From Utricularia gibba (lineage: Eukaryota; Plantae; Magnoliophyta), in the NCBI GenBank assembly GCA_002189035.1, contig NEEC01000011.1:682001-746000 (forward strand): DNA of 64,000 nucleotides, given 5' to 3'. The notes below the pieces were generated by a model. The model made no database searches, was not told the DNA's origin, and saw only the letters and a list, made by a program, of their open reading frames with translations. Made by a program: the position numbers and the translations under genes. Below, piece by piece: positions 48,230 through 62,040 of the stretch (position 1 is its first letter; each line of letters begins with the position of its first letter).

Positions 48230-51200
48230 AATGGAAATAACTGAAAATGGTTGTAGCAATGTGGTAGCAACCTTTTGGGTTAATGGCAGTGCTCAAGATG
48301 ATGAAAGAGGGTTAAAATATATTATGGATCACTTGAAGTGGTATAAGGATGAAAGTAAACCTTCAAACTCTTGTAAGTCTCAAAAACTGAAGAAAACTCA
48401 TGAGCAGCAAGTGGAAGAAAAGAGTGAGCAGTCTGCATAGTTACAATAATAAATTTATGATGAACTGATTGAGTGTCCTAAAATCCTAAAGTTTTGCAGG
48501 AGTAAAATAGAGATACATTGGAAGGTTTCAGCTTTGGAACTATCGAATTTGATCAAGTGTAAGTGGAATAATAGGTTTTGAGATTGAATGTAGGATATTT
48601 TTTGCCAAATAAAACTCATCCTTCTGAACACCAAGGACTCTGAGCTGGTTAACAACTTTGGACACTCTGTCCATAAACTATTTGTCAATCTCTGTGGCTG
48701 CCATCCTTAACCCCTCCATATGATTCGTAGTCATTATAATGTTTTGCTGTATTAAGATGTTAATAGTATATTATCATTTGTATTATAACTCACTTAATAA
48801 AATTAAAACTAGGTATAGAATACTTACCGGCACCCTCCAGAGTATAATAAGGTCCACTCATCTTAAGGATGCGATTCACATAGTCGTGTGCACTTGGACT
48901 GTTTAATGATGGCATAGTCATTACATTATCAAATTCACTCTACTTTTTGGCATATGCAATGTGTCTGACCATTTTCTGTCGAGGCTTTTTCCCTAGATGG
49001 GACTGTGCATTCTTACGATGCGCAAAAAAGATGCACATCATAGGAGGGAAAATACCATTTGTAATTATTGTAAGGAATCAAAAGCTCTAGTTCATGATCA
49101 CCAATTATATAAACTCCTGATCTTTCTCGAACAATGTGTTGTCCCCTTTGCTGTAGAAAGCAAGAAAAATTCTCTGCACTCTTCCCCTCCACAAAAGCAT
49201 AACAGATGAGGGAAGCTATTTACATTTACATGGGTGAAAAAAGTAGTGACTTTGGTATGTGATGGTTGGACTGATTGATGAGTCTCGTTTTTACAACAAA
49301 TTTTAAATATTTTTCAAACTCGTGAAATACAAAATGTGTAGTATTGGTATCAAACACAAGGAGTTGTTTTTCAATGAATGGTGAAGTTACACCGAATAGG
49401 GATTGTAAACAAACAACAAAAATAAATGTAAATGATGAACCTTAAATAAGAAAATGTTCCTGTGATTGGAATCTTGTCCAAGTATGTTTGTCGCATCTCC
49501 ATTTTTCTTTGATCTTCTCGAGTACTCAGTTATAGTAGTAAGGAACTACCTACCCTCCATTACACTCTCTTGCAAGAAAGCACGAGAATAGCCCGATGTT
49601 ATTCCTCCTTGGAGAAATGCAAATAAGAGGTCCAGCCTTCGTATCCATACGGTCGAATTACGTGCATGTGCTTGAGTATTGTGAATGACCCAATGAGTCT
49701 AGATACAAGATTACTATCTATCTATTGATCCTGAAGTATGGCCATAGATAAAACATTGTTTTCCTCCAATAAGTAGGGCATGAGTCAGTGCTTGCCACCT
49801 TGCTACTTTTCAAAACCTGTAGGTAGTGATCAGCTAACCATGAATCTTCAATAAGGAGACTGTTATATAAATACTGTAACAGAGTCGCGTGAAGACATGA
49901 AGATTAGATAATGAAATGTAGAACTTGGAATCCCCCAACCCATAAACAAATGTTTCTAGCCACGAATAGTCATACAAACTAAGGAAAACAAGAAAAAAGT
50001 TCTAGAGAGCAGCTAGAGGAAAAATCCTCTAAAGAGATAAACTAAAATCTAAACAAAAATTAGAATTGAAAGCAGAATTTTTGAACTGATTTGAACTAAA
50101 CTACATTGTCTGAGTTTTTGTTTTCCTCAAGTCTTGCTGGACTAGAGTGACTTTCAAGAAAACTCATGCTTTGACACTGGTATGCTAATGATTTAATGTG
50201 TCAAAGACTCCTGTGTACTACACGTCAAAACTCATCATTAGGTGTCTATAGTCTTTAGAAAACAAAGAAATGTCAATTTGGGAAGATCTATTTTGTCACC
50301 ATCTGTTGCTTCCTTTCCCACATTTCCTGCCACGTATTTGTGTTTAAAAATACTTAAAAAAAACTAGCAAAAATATTAAATAGAGTACAAGATTTAGTAT
50401 AATTCTCTTAATTTAGATAAAACGTAAATCTTATATTATAAATTCTTAACTAAACAACTTTAATCATATTTAGACATAAAAACGGCCTAAAGATAATGAG
50501 AATATGATACCTAACAGTGATCCACAAAAGCATCCTCTAATAATTTTTTTGGCAGTTAATGAGTGTCGTGTGAAGTTTATTGAAGCTGTAAATTGTGACT
50601 TAGTATTAAAGAATGCTAATTTCATTGCTTTACGAATTGATAAATTGGTTAGTAGGTGTCTCAAATGTAAAGCAAATTGTGATTGGCAATGCTGAGGTTT
50701 GCAAAGTAGCCAGAGAAAGTATGGAGAATAAGTATCCTTAGGATATGTTTTCCAATTATTCATCATTTTTTAATGTTTATCCTTATCCGTTAATATTTAT
50801 CCATTGCTAACATTGCTAAATGTGCATTTAGATATTTTGGAGCCCTTCCATGGTGCATACGCTGAACCTATTAGGCAAAGATGTTTATTCTCCAAGGAAC
50901 ATGACAAAAAATCAGATAGCATTCCAGTAGTTATGTTGGATCATTGAAGGTATAGATAAGATGATGAAGATTAAACATTCCACAAAGGTATGCTTTATTC
51001 AAGAAACATTCAAAGTTGAGGCTTTTGAGTGTTGCTGAAACATGATTTGCATCAATGTATGTTACGATAAGATGGTTCAAACTAGTGAAGCAAGAGCTTA
51101 GATTGAATGTGGTAAGTGATGAGTGGATGAATTTACATGGAAGTCGAAGTGATAAAGCAAAGAAGCTATGTGGGATATTGTTTTCCAAAATGTTTAAGAA

Positions 51201-52239
51201 TGTTATTTACACCTTTCAAAAATGAAATGCATATGAAGAAAGTATTCTTTGGAATGTGGTTGAAAAAAATGTGGAAAAGAAAGGATGCTAGTATTACTCC
51301 AGTACATGCTTTTGCACATACTTTAAATCCCAATTTAATTATATTTTTTATTGATATTATGGCATTATGCTTCACTTATATGATATCATGTGTATTACTT
51401 TATTTTATTAAATAGGGTTGGAACTACAGAATGCAAACAAGAGCATCCTTTCTTGCCTCCTCTTCAATCTGACCAAGAATTAATAAACTCGAGGCAAAAG
51501 GCTATCTAGAGGACCTTGACAAACTTGGAAGATTTTTGAATGAAATATTTGATTTTAGTCCTATAGTTGGAAGATCAACTAGTGATCTTATAGAATGGTG
51601 ATCAAGTTTTTGAGGATCCACATAACTTATTCAAAACTTGGCTATCAAATTTTTTGGTCATGTTTCATCTTCTTCAACGTGTGAGCAAAATTGGAGTACC
51701 TAAAAGTTCATTCATTCTACCAAAAGAAATAAGTTAACAACTCAAAGAGCAGATAATCTTGTTTTTGTTCATACTTGCACCTTCTATCTACAAAAGCAAA
51801 TGATTATCAAGAAGGGCCTTCGAAATTATGGGATATTGAAGGTGATGAAGAAAATTCTCTTTATGGTTTGGTACTGGAAAATTCAAATCTTTCATTGGAT
51901 GAACTTGCTTTTGAGTTGGAGATGTCGGGAACAAGAATGTGATGATATTTATGATATTGAAAATTAGATTTGTAGGTTACATTTGATGTTTGATTTATAA
52001 CTATTTCATCAATATCATGTATTACTTTGACAATTGAAATCCAAATTTAAAACATTTAAACTTATTAAGGTAATGCATTTTTGTTGTAAAAGATTCAATA
52101 TATTACGTATGTATATATATAGATATTTTTTTTTCATTAAATAGATATCGCACCCTATTTGATGGATTCCCAAAATTAAGGAATTTCACATCCTTGCACC
52201 CCGAATCCCGCACCTCACACCCGGTCTTGTGCAACATAG
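48230..52239 (+). mobile_element. hAT transposon remnant (DUF659 type) with 3' TIR
   Basis: VTLVCDGWTD/PQKHPLIIFLA...FIEAVN; QIVIGNAEVCKVA; EWW...QNLAIK...SSSTCEQNWST...RNKLTTQRADNLVFVH at 51590-51775. CCCGCACC repeats and GTGCAACATAG end at 52239. Left boundary uncertain. Confidence 0.7.
49276..50516 (-). mobile_element. Solo LTR (Athila-like, 1.24 kb) inserted in the hAT transposase
   Basis: TGATGAG...CCTAACA with near-TSD CTGAT/GTGAT. Removing it restores the hAT reading frame. Confidence 0.75.
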
Positions 52240-52299
52240 CAAGATTTTAATATAACCTCATTGTATGATTGGTCAAATGATGAGAATCTAAAAGTACTG

Positions 52300-55200
52300 A
52301 CCAAACCTGCATCAAAAAAGTGATTCAGTAGAGTAGTCTATTGAAGGAACTACACTCTTCTAGTCACTCCCTCAATATCATTAGGCATAATATGATGAGA
52401 AACACCAGCTCTCATAACACGATTGTTATCTGATATTTATGAATATGATAACATTGTTGTTTATGAAAAGAAATCAAACAGTGTGACAAAAGCTTTTCTG
52501 TTACCATATTGGAAACAAGCCATGATGGAGAAGTTGAAGATCATTGAAAGATATGGAACATGGAACATGGTTGATCTACCAAACAATGTCAATATTGTGG
52601 GTTTGAAATGAATCTTCAAGGTCAAAACAAACTCAGATGAAAGTCTCCAAAAGTACAAGGCATAACTTGTGCTAAAGTGTACTCTAAGGAATTTGGTGTG
52701 GATTACTTCGACACTTATGAACCTGTGATGAGGTTTGATAGAATTAGACTAATCTTGGCTATCTCTGCACAAGCAAATTGGAACATTCATAAGATGGATG
52801 TAAAGTCAGCATTTCCCAATGGAAACTTAAAGGAAAACAAATTTTGTTGTGCAATCACCTTGCTTTTCTATCAACAACTATCAAGTCATGGTATTGTCTA
52901 AAGGTCTCTATGGCCTAAAATAGGTACCAAGAGCATGGTACTCAAAAGCTTTGTCAAGACCCATGCCTAGGGCCCAAGAGGCATGAGGCAAAATTGCCAA
53001 GTCCCATCAAACGTTAGGACTCAGGGCTACTTAACCCCTTTGTAGCATGGAAAAATAACATTAAGTTGGCTACATATATATATTCACTCACAACCATTCA
53101 AACATGGAAAAGGAACTACGTCCAGTCTACTTAGCACATTCCTCACAGTGTAGGTAAGGTTCCAACAACTATTCACGGCCTGCCACAACTTCTACAGCTA
53201 AACCCCTACTTTGGTTGATCACCAAACCTTCAGCCATTCCCTTCTACACCTGGAACAAGTTAAAACATAGAGTGGTCATGCTACTGAAGTTTGGTAAAAG
53301 ATAAACATGTATGAAGTGAAAAAAAGTGTTTGAGCATAAAGTCTCAAAATCAAGCACATATCCAAGTAGTGAGTCCCATTGTTTATCTTTGCCCAATCCC
53401 CTTGACCCTTCAGCTTAGGGATCACCTCCAGATCTTAGGAAATGGGTCATATATTACCTAAGTCCTTTAGTAGTGTTCAGAAGAGTCACCAATCGAACAC
53501 CACCTCTAAACTTAAACCATGGCATGCATATAACATGTTTCCTGGTATTTCTTGACTGGCTTATCCCATAGGGATGCCTCAGACATGTGTGACATATTTA
53601 GCCATGAATCCCATGGTTAAAACCATGTTGCTAGGAGTGTGGGTCCACACTCCTCTCCATTTCCTAACATATGTTCTCATAGCACATAGTCAAAGAACAT
53701 TGAGCACTTCACTCACTTTGAAAGAGAACACTTGTTTGGAAACCAACCAACAAGGGCACCTAATCCTTGGAAGAAAACAATTAAGGATTCAAAAAGAGAA
53801 TTTTAGTGACCTCAAAAAGATTTCAAAACATCAGAAACCCCAAAAAACGTGCCCTGCTAGACATTTTGCACAATGAAGAACAGGGAGGAACACAGGTTAA
53901 TGGAAACAGGGAGAAATCTTTCCAAACAAAATAGTAACACATAGGCAATCAATCACGCATGTTCCAAAGAAGCATCAAAACATGCGTCTAAAAGAAACAG
54001 TAGCACTCATCCCACTTACCTTACTCCCTACAGAAGTAATCCCTTTCTTATAGCTAATTCCACGAATTTCCTTCCTCTTTAGCTCTATCACCCCTTCCTT
54101 CCACAACTTTACTTTCTAAGGTATCTCCTCCACAACTCTAAACAACTCTATCCTCCAGAACTTAAGAGACTCCATGAGTCAGTACCCCCTCTAACCTGAG
54201 GTTGCCATGGGGGCTTTCCTTTAGTTAGCACCTACATCCTTCCTATTGGTCACTAGAAACAACCTACATACTGATGTGGACCCCCCATCCTTTTTTCATT
54301 TCATACATGACCATGATCAGTAGACATGCTCTATGCCTAACTATGATACCAGAGACTACAAGCCATAACAAGCTTGAAGATGCTCTTCTTGACTTCCACT
54401 TTGAGAAAGTAGAAATGGGGCAGTACTATTTGTCAAACATGTTAATGACAATACTCTCATTGTGATCATTTATGTTGATGATATTCTCATCACAGGCAGG
54501 AACAAATACTTAGTAGCTAAAGTCAAGAAGTTTATGAAGTTTCATTTTCAAATGGAAGACTATGGATGTATGCATCAATTCATGAGGATGAAGATTACTC
54601 AACTCACCACTAGCATCTTGGTAACTCAAAACAAGTATGCTAGTAACATGCTAAAGTGCTTTGGCCTTGAAGGATGTGCTTGTCAAAACACATCTGTTGG
54701 CTGGAACAAAAGCCTTGGAGCTCATAGTACAAACCAATATGAGAATCGACCCCTCTTCCATGAGGTCTATGATGGGATGCTTAATGTTTTTAATTGAAGA
54801 CAAAACCAGATCTTTTGCATGTAGTTGGACTCATCATGGTATATGCATGAACCAACTGCTAATTTGTTAACTTGTGTCAATAGAATACTTTGTTATGTAG
54901 TAAGAACAGTCAAGAGGATACTTCGTTATGATCTGCTCTTTATGAGGAATGCTACGATGCATGTTGCTACTTTTGTAGATGCTAATTTTGTAGGTGACTC
55001 AGATTATAATAGTGCCAATATGTCTCTACCTTGTTAGTCGTAAATCATGATATTTGGCTTCGGAAAATGCTCAAAGTCCTATGCTTGAGAAAAGCACACC
55101 AACCATGCTCAAATGCAATTCTACAAGTGTCATTACCATGATCAAGGACCCAGTTTATCATCGTCTCACAAAATATAATTCAGTTAAATATCACGCTATC

Positions 55201-55355
55201 CGAGAATTACTAAAGGATGGAGAAAGCAACTTCCAACACTTTCTCATTGAGTTATAAATTGCGGACATTGTGACCAAGCCTCTTCCTACTCCAATGTTCG
55301 GGCTCATGAGAGGTGAACTTGGTCTTGCACATGAAGCTAGCTTCAATGTGGAGAA
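52300..55355 (+). pseudogene. Ty1/copia RT and RNase H remnant
   Basis: WKQAM...GTWNMVDLP; GVDYFDTYEPV; MDVKSAF; YVDDILITG; KYHAIRE; ADIVTKPL. Confidence 0.88.
52952..54370 (-). mobile_element. 1419-bp LTR-derived insertion with TSD AGCTT (Tekay-like)
   Basis: TGTCAAGACCC...CCATAACA. AGCTT at 52947-52951 and 54371-54375. Splits copia RT between WYSK and LEDALL. Confidence 0.82.
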
Positions 55356-55718
55356 TGATGCAACTCATTGAATGTGTTGGCTGTATGATGGTCAGCCATG
55401 TCACCTAGGAATAAGATGATTCAATCAACACAATCATCGAGTCAGCCTAATGACTCGTTCAATCTGCTAGATTTCATTATTTTACGTTAAGTTTGTTCTA
55501 GTTTCACTATAAATAAGTTGTTCTCCCTCTCGTTTTAGTATGTAGAATTTCAGCCTTTTTTTTAGAAGTATTCATCGTAATTGCACTTTTCTCTTTGTGT
55601 GCTGCTGCGTTCCATCATTTTTTCAGCAGTACACATCAGCTATATGTCGTATAGAAACTCCATAATACTTCACGATCAGTGGTTCAACACTGAAAATAAT
55701 TTTCCTTTGTGTCCAACA
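55356..55718 (+). mobile_element. Probable copia 3' LTR
   Basis: Purine-rich GTGGAGAA precedes TGATGC. TATA-like CTATAAATA near 55508. Ends TGTCCAACA. Confidence 0.5.
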
Positions 55719-57289
55719 CACAAAAGGTAAACCGAGAGACATTGTCATACAGTGTTGTATATCTAAAACATATAATACTTTGTTCATGTTACCATTTTTA
55801 AGTCAATCCTCAAACCTCCTACTACTATTGAACGTTGTTTTTGGTGAATACCTACAACAATAGCATTAACTCGGTATGAAATGAGAAAGACTTGGATCCA
55901 CCACCGTTCAAGCTTCAAGTAGATTCTACAAGAAGATGGATTCAAAAGAGTTAAATTCACTCAATGATGCACAAAGGCCTTGTAGATTTTCACCACAGTG
56001 GTAGGAGGAGATGACTGGAATCAAAATCAGGAATCAATTCTAATCGATTTGAATGCTCCACCAACATATGATTACAACCCCTAGCAACTCATTTAGGAAT
56101 TCATCATATGATGATGAACAATGGAGTCACACAACACACCCTTCCACTACTGCTTCCAGAAATCCAATATTGCATACAACACCATTTTTTCTCCCATCCC
56201 TATCAAATTTAAAATAAAGCAGACACAAAACAAAAAACAAATTCACTAGAAAAACAATCAACAATATCCTTACATCACGTTTGAATGAGAAGTAATTTGT
56301 AAGATGTTTCAGATTTTATCTTCCACATGGAATTACATTTGAAACAATAGTATATTCGCAACAAAAACAATGGTGTCAAGTACATGCTACATATTACATT
56401 AATAGCATCGAATGACATGTATTACATGTTGAAAATAAATAATAAATATACACTCGATGCTATTAATGGTTAACGATTGAATTAGTGTAACACAAGTTTT
56501 TCATTAAGAACAAATACACACTTGATCCAAATAATTTGAAACAATAAAATGATACATAATATAATCAGTTAAATATAGAAAAAATAAAATACTTGATACA
56601 AAATATTCAAAATCATTGAATGATGTGTAATCGAGAAATTAATAAAAATGCCTAAGAATCGAATGTCAGAATTCTAATAAAATGATAGAGTTTTCACAAA
56701 TCGTATAAAAAGTAAAAAATTCCACAAACATATTTTTGGGAAAACCACATATCACCAATTTCGTAAATCGTAGTGTGAGAAAATGTCCTAGAACTCAATG
56801 GAATCAGTTATAGCCATCTGCCTACTGTGAGAAAATATGCTAGATGTGCTTGATTGGATGAAATATTTGAATTAAATCGTGCGATATTGAAGTATAGTAA
56901 TGTTTTGCGTAGCAGTCAAGGGGGTTCACTTTTGCCCATGTTTCATTTGCTTTCCTTTTCTTGAGACACATTTGATATGGTGTGAGAAAGTAGTTTCAAA
57001 ATATTCTATTGGTATTGACCTTGATTTAGATGTTTATCTAGAATTTAGAATATTCTAAAAAATTGAAATGCAACTATAATAAACCATGGCATCTAATAAA
57101 ATACTGTTTGTTTTGTATTTTTCCTTTCTCTAAATAGGAAAGCTTTAATTGTAAATCATGATTGAATCTATGAAAGCATTGGTTTATATATTTCTTTTAG
57201 TCTTAATCTTTGGGATAAATTTTTTCGCCATCTTTTTACAAAAACCATCTATAGTGTTGACTAAAAAGCTGAAATTATTTTTTATTATC

Positions 57290-58500
57290 TCGATTGAAAG
57301 GAAGCTCATAGCTTCAACTACTCCCTACAAGCATAAACTACTTATTGCAGTGACATTTATACCACTTCGGAAGTTGTTGCCTCTTGCCTTTGCTGTTGTA
57401 AATGAGGAGACAAATGAATCTTGGCATTGGTTTTTACAGCACATTGGTACTTATATTACATTGGATAAGCCAACATGTCTAATATCTCATCGATGTGGTT
57501 TAATAAGAAAGGGAGCACGACTTGTTCCTGCTTTTAGTGAAGAACATGGAGTATGTCATCAATATTGCATTCGATATCTATGAGCAAACCTTCTGGATAA
57601 ATTTAAAACTCCCGGAGTCAGAGATTGGTTCAACAAAGCGGCACATACAAGTTACATTGACAAATTTAAGAAATATATGACTAGCATTAAACATGTTAAT
57701 GTTAGAGCATGGAAATACCTGCATGCAATTCCTGTGCAAAAATGGACTTTGCCTCATGATGGTGGCAGGAGATATGGTGTTATGACAACAAATCAAGTAG
57801 AAGGAATAAATGCTGTGCTTTTGGGTGCACGACATCTTCCATTAACAACAATGGCTCAGGTATTATATCAACATCATTTTAAATAAAATATTTTAAGCTA
57901 ATATGTGTGTACTTCCTGTAGGCAACATTTACATGGTGCAAAAAATATCTGTATGAAGGTTTGGAAGATGTTCTTAATATAGAGCGTCAAAACAAAGTAT
58001 TCAACAAAGAAGCTGAGCTCCTACTAAAACGATGGGATAGACCAATCCCATATACAAATGTTGAGGTTTACGACCATCACCAAAAGGTGGATCGTGTTGC
58101 AACTCTTCGTAAGAATGGCTTGGAGAAAGTGTGTTTTTTCAAAATCAAAGATCAAACTTGCACTTGTATCAAATGGCAAAATTACGGTATACCGTGCTGT
58201 CATGCACAACACGTAATTCCTCAAAGTACAACTTGTTTTAGAGTTTTAAATACAATATTAATGATATACAAATGGTTTTGCATGAATAGGCTTGCAAGCT
58301 TCCTGGGATAGATCCACTAATATTAGTCAATACAATCCACCTTCTATGGCGTCTATTGAATGCATATCGAAACCAATTCAAGCCACTCAGAACTGAGAAA
58401 CATTGGCTTTTACCACTAGTGGTTCTTCGTGTTGATCCCGAACATGCTAGGCATTTTCATCGTGGACATGCGAACACAGGATTTATGCATGTGGACGAAG
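57290..58500 (+). pseudogene. MuDR/MULE transposase remnant with SWIM domain
   Basis: LLIAV...PLAFAVVNEETNESWHWFL...CLISHR...HQYCIRYL; DGGRRYGVMTTNQVEGINAVLLGARHLPL; CTCIKWQNYGIPCCHA. Confidence 0.85.
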
Positions 58501-59106
58501 AAACAACTCCAAATCATTGACAACCAGATAGATCATCTATGAATGTGCCATATGGACACAACTTCAAGCCAATTCCTCAACCACCGTGCGCCTCTATACA
58601 AGAACGCCCACGATACCTAAGCTTCGACTCACCAAGACCATCAAATCAACAATGACGTAAGAAAAATGCATTTCAAAGAATGATTAATTTTTTTTCTTAA
58701 AATGACGCAATTGCTCCAATTTATTATATATGTTGGTTGTATTTATCATATTTAATTATTGAATATTTCGTGTATATTTAATTTTATTTATAATAAATAT
58801 GTTGTTCAAATCTATTTCATAAAAACTATATTTAATTACATATATATATATTGATTATACATACAATCAATTTAAAAAAATGCATATGTATTTATATGAT
58901 TTATAATGAAATATAATAGCTATTTTTATATACAAAATATAATATCTTATATAATATGAATATAAAACATGAATACTTAACAAGTGAATAAATAAAAAAA
59001 GTGTGATCGCAATTCCAAAATTGCATTATTTGACTAATAGATTTTTTAAAAGAGTTATTTTAATAAAAAATTTCGGTAATGAATAACAATATATGTTTTA
59101 TGATTA

Positions 59107-59259
59107 ATGACCAGGATGAAGTTTGGGCGAAACTAAGTGGAGGTCCGAACCGATTGATGTTGAAGAATCAGCGGATGAGTCGTGCTTTGGGGTGAAATGT
59201 TACTTGATACCACAGCTAGATGGTTCTCCCCGAAATGCATTGGGGTGCAACAGTTTGAC
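59107..59259 (+). pseudogene. rrn23: Plastid 23S rRNA fragment (NUPT)
   Basis: ATGACCAGGATGAAG...GGAGGTCCGAACCGA...GATGTTGAAGAATCAGCGGATGAG...GGGGTGAAATG...GGTTCTCCCCGAAATGC matches plastid rrn23 with scattered substitutions. Confidence 0.88.
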
Positions 59260-59769
59260 CAAAGTGAAAAATAAGTTATATTTTTAATGTTGTATAATTC
59301 TTTTAGCGTTTAATGATCATATATTTAGTATAATCTAATAATTTTCACATAATTTATCCAATTTACATAATAAAATAAATAGAAAAAAAAATTAAAACCC
59401 ATGTCCGCATCCGAATAGATAAAATGGATATATAGTGTTCAATGTTATTTTTAGTTGTTTATTATATATTATTAGGTGTTAATCTAGTATTAAGTCACCT
59501 AAATTAAAAGTTTTAATGTTAAGTATTTTATTTTATTAGAAAATTCCTTTTTTCTGACTCTGATTTTTCGTGCCTTGGACGCGACTTGGAACAATTGTAG
59601 GCGGAATATTGACACTAGTCAAGGCCTCTGACTTACGTCTTGTTAGAGTTAGCAGAAAGGATTGGACACTAACTTGCACGCAAAGGAAAACTGGTGGTGT
59701 ACGCAAGAAAGAAGTAATGATAGGAGGAGGACCAGAAGAAGTTAATGAACGTGAGTAGTCATATAAAAT

Positions 59770-60560
59770 CTGTTAGTGCATGTGTTCTAGAGATAATCAA
59801 CTCATTGGAAAATCTTATCTTTTGATGTTTACTTTGAATTGTGATCAAGTTTACATCATTGATAAAATCTTCTACTTGATATATGTGCTATAGAAATTAA
59901 GATGAGATCATAATGTGAGATTCTTCAAACATTTATGTTCAAGTGAAACATTCCCTAGTTAGAATGTTTGTGACATGAGGATATCATAAATACGGATAGG
60001 CTCACACATTGAGTTTTCTAAATTGTTTAGGGAATGATTCCCACAATTGATGTAATGAGATTACTAGAACCAATGTTTGGGTGAGTAAGGATATGACTCC
60101 TTAAGGTTGGAGGTAGTTGATTGATCAATAAAGAATTCATCACTCATGTTGGCTATGAGATCATATCTCAAGTAATTGCATCAAAGCCTAACAGTAAGTC
60201 CTGTGCCCAAGGTAATGACACTCGAATTGTTTTAGTAGGTCATTGAGTATTAGCATTTGAATGCAATTATAAGTTCTATACATAAGAAAGATACACACTT
60301 ATGTTCTAGTATCGAATAAGATAAAAGTATGATGAAAGCTATTCATTCAATGGTGGCTGGTCATGGAAAGTCTCAATTAATTCACCTGATTATTCTTTAA
60401 TCTTGTGAATCATGCTATGTTGTTAGACATCACTCATGATCGATAATGATGGATTTGATTAAGAGTTAATTAATAAATCCATTATTATAGGCTTGATTGA
60501 AGAAGCTTATAGGATCACACATAGTAGTAGAGTTACTAATCGATATAAAAGACAATATTG
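59770..60560. mobile_element. LTR-like remnant, possibly Angela-type copia
   Basis: Composition and short motifs resemble long copia LTRs. No boundaries or TSD identified. Confidence 0.3.
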
Positions 60561-60934
60561 GTGGGTATGCAGAATTGGATAATATTGGCATATACTTTTC
60601 TCCACAACCTCATTCAAAAGGAAATGATTGTCAACCCCTTTGAGGATGAGGTCCCATTGGACATTCAGAATCAAGCTGGGGAAACGATGACATAGAAGAC
60701 AACATAGCTTCTATTGGTGCATGTCAAGCATAGAATAGGTGGGGTAACGAGCAAGCTGAGGTGATGTACACCAAGTGGCTCATAATCTACAGATGCCGCT
60801 GATGTAGGCCTTCTTTGAATTGTCATGTTATTGCTTTTCCTAAATGACCATTTTCAAGGCATAGTGACATTTGTAATGGATTTTTTACATGAATCTTGTA
60901 TGTGTTAGAAAGAATGAACAAGCACAACAAATAT

Positions 60935-61085
60935 ACATATCCAGTGCAGGGTCATACTTAGAAGGAGCATATGTTGACATGAACAATGCTACTAACGGTA
61001 GCAAGTACCGCATACAGACATATCTAGTGCAGGGTCATACTTAGAAGGAGCATACATTCACATGAACACCACTACTCACAGTAAC
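60935..61085. repeat. Imperfect tandem duplication, period 83 bp
   Basis: ACATATC(C/T)AGTGCAGGGTCATACTTAGAAGGAGCATA...ACATGAACA at 60935 and 61018. Confidence 0.88.
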
Positions 61086-61299
61086 TGGTGCTTGGGTCTT
61101 ATAGTAGTTGGATTCTACCACTCTGGTGCGTGATACCATGGGATAAAAAGGTATTACATGGAGGACTGTTGGGCCAAGCACCGTGATTCATAAAATCTAA
61201 GGCTTGAGAAAGCCTATAGAACACTACACATATAGTAGCACCATTTGTTGTGTTGTTTGGTGTTCAGTTTTTTAAAGAGAAATGAGTTTAATGGTGAAG

Positions 61300-62040
61300 T
61301 TACCCAACATTAAATGCATTGGGCGATTGTTAAATGTAGTGGGTTATCGATTCCTACTTGTGCATAGTGATGGCGCCCGATATTTCACCCTTTCCAAAAT
61401 GACATTATTAATCACGCCCTTACATCTCTTTCCTTTTAGCATATGTGCAGCAGCACCTCATACACGAGATACCATCTGTGACCCTCAATTGTTATTTGGA
61501 GAGATACTCGATGGTAGGTAGAACAATATACGGGCATTAGTCATATCCATTTCAGATTCTTCCTTTCTTTTGGTAGTACGATTTCCATTTTTTTTTCTAG
61601 ATGTTGACGTGTTAAAAACTGCATGCCTACTTCTCAATTCCTGATGGTTTTACGATGTGGATAAATTACTTGGCAAAACGTCCATCTCCGAACCATTAGC
61701 AAGAGTTGGAGTAATGGGATGCGCCATCAACACTGAGCACTTTTGATTTGGGTTGTGACTACTCCCACCTCCTTTCTTGGTGCAGATACTTGCTGCACTT
61801 TAGATCCCACTCTCGCACTTGACTTCTCGTTTTGTCACACACATTCTTGGATTTTTGTAGATCTGCCCAGAGGAGGATATACATTCGAAAATGCATGTCT
61901 TCTTTGTGTTCTCCATGTGTGTGCAACGTAATGGAAGCCCCCACTATTCTCTACATGGTAAATGGTGGACTAGTTTCGTATGAGGTGACAAGATTGATTG
62001 TGTCAGAACAAGCTAGAGAGCCATCAAGTAATCACATGCA
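61300..62040 (+). pseudogene. Possible plant-mobile-domain (PMD) remnant associated with MuDR
   Basis: WRP..FHP near 61370-61395 and GYTFENACLL near 61873 weakly echo the PMD motifs WRPETHTFHLP and YSWGSACL. Confidence 0.35.

Noticed and set aside
48455-48688. Minus-strand ORF with faint LRR-like wording (ECPKLL...LLLQN)
   Set aside because: No periodic LRR pattern, and it lies within a hAT remnant on the opposite strand.
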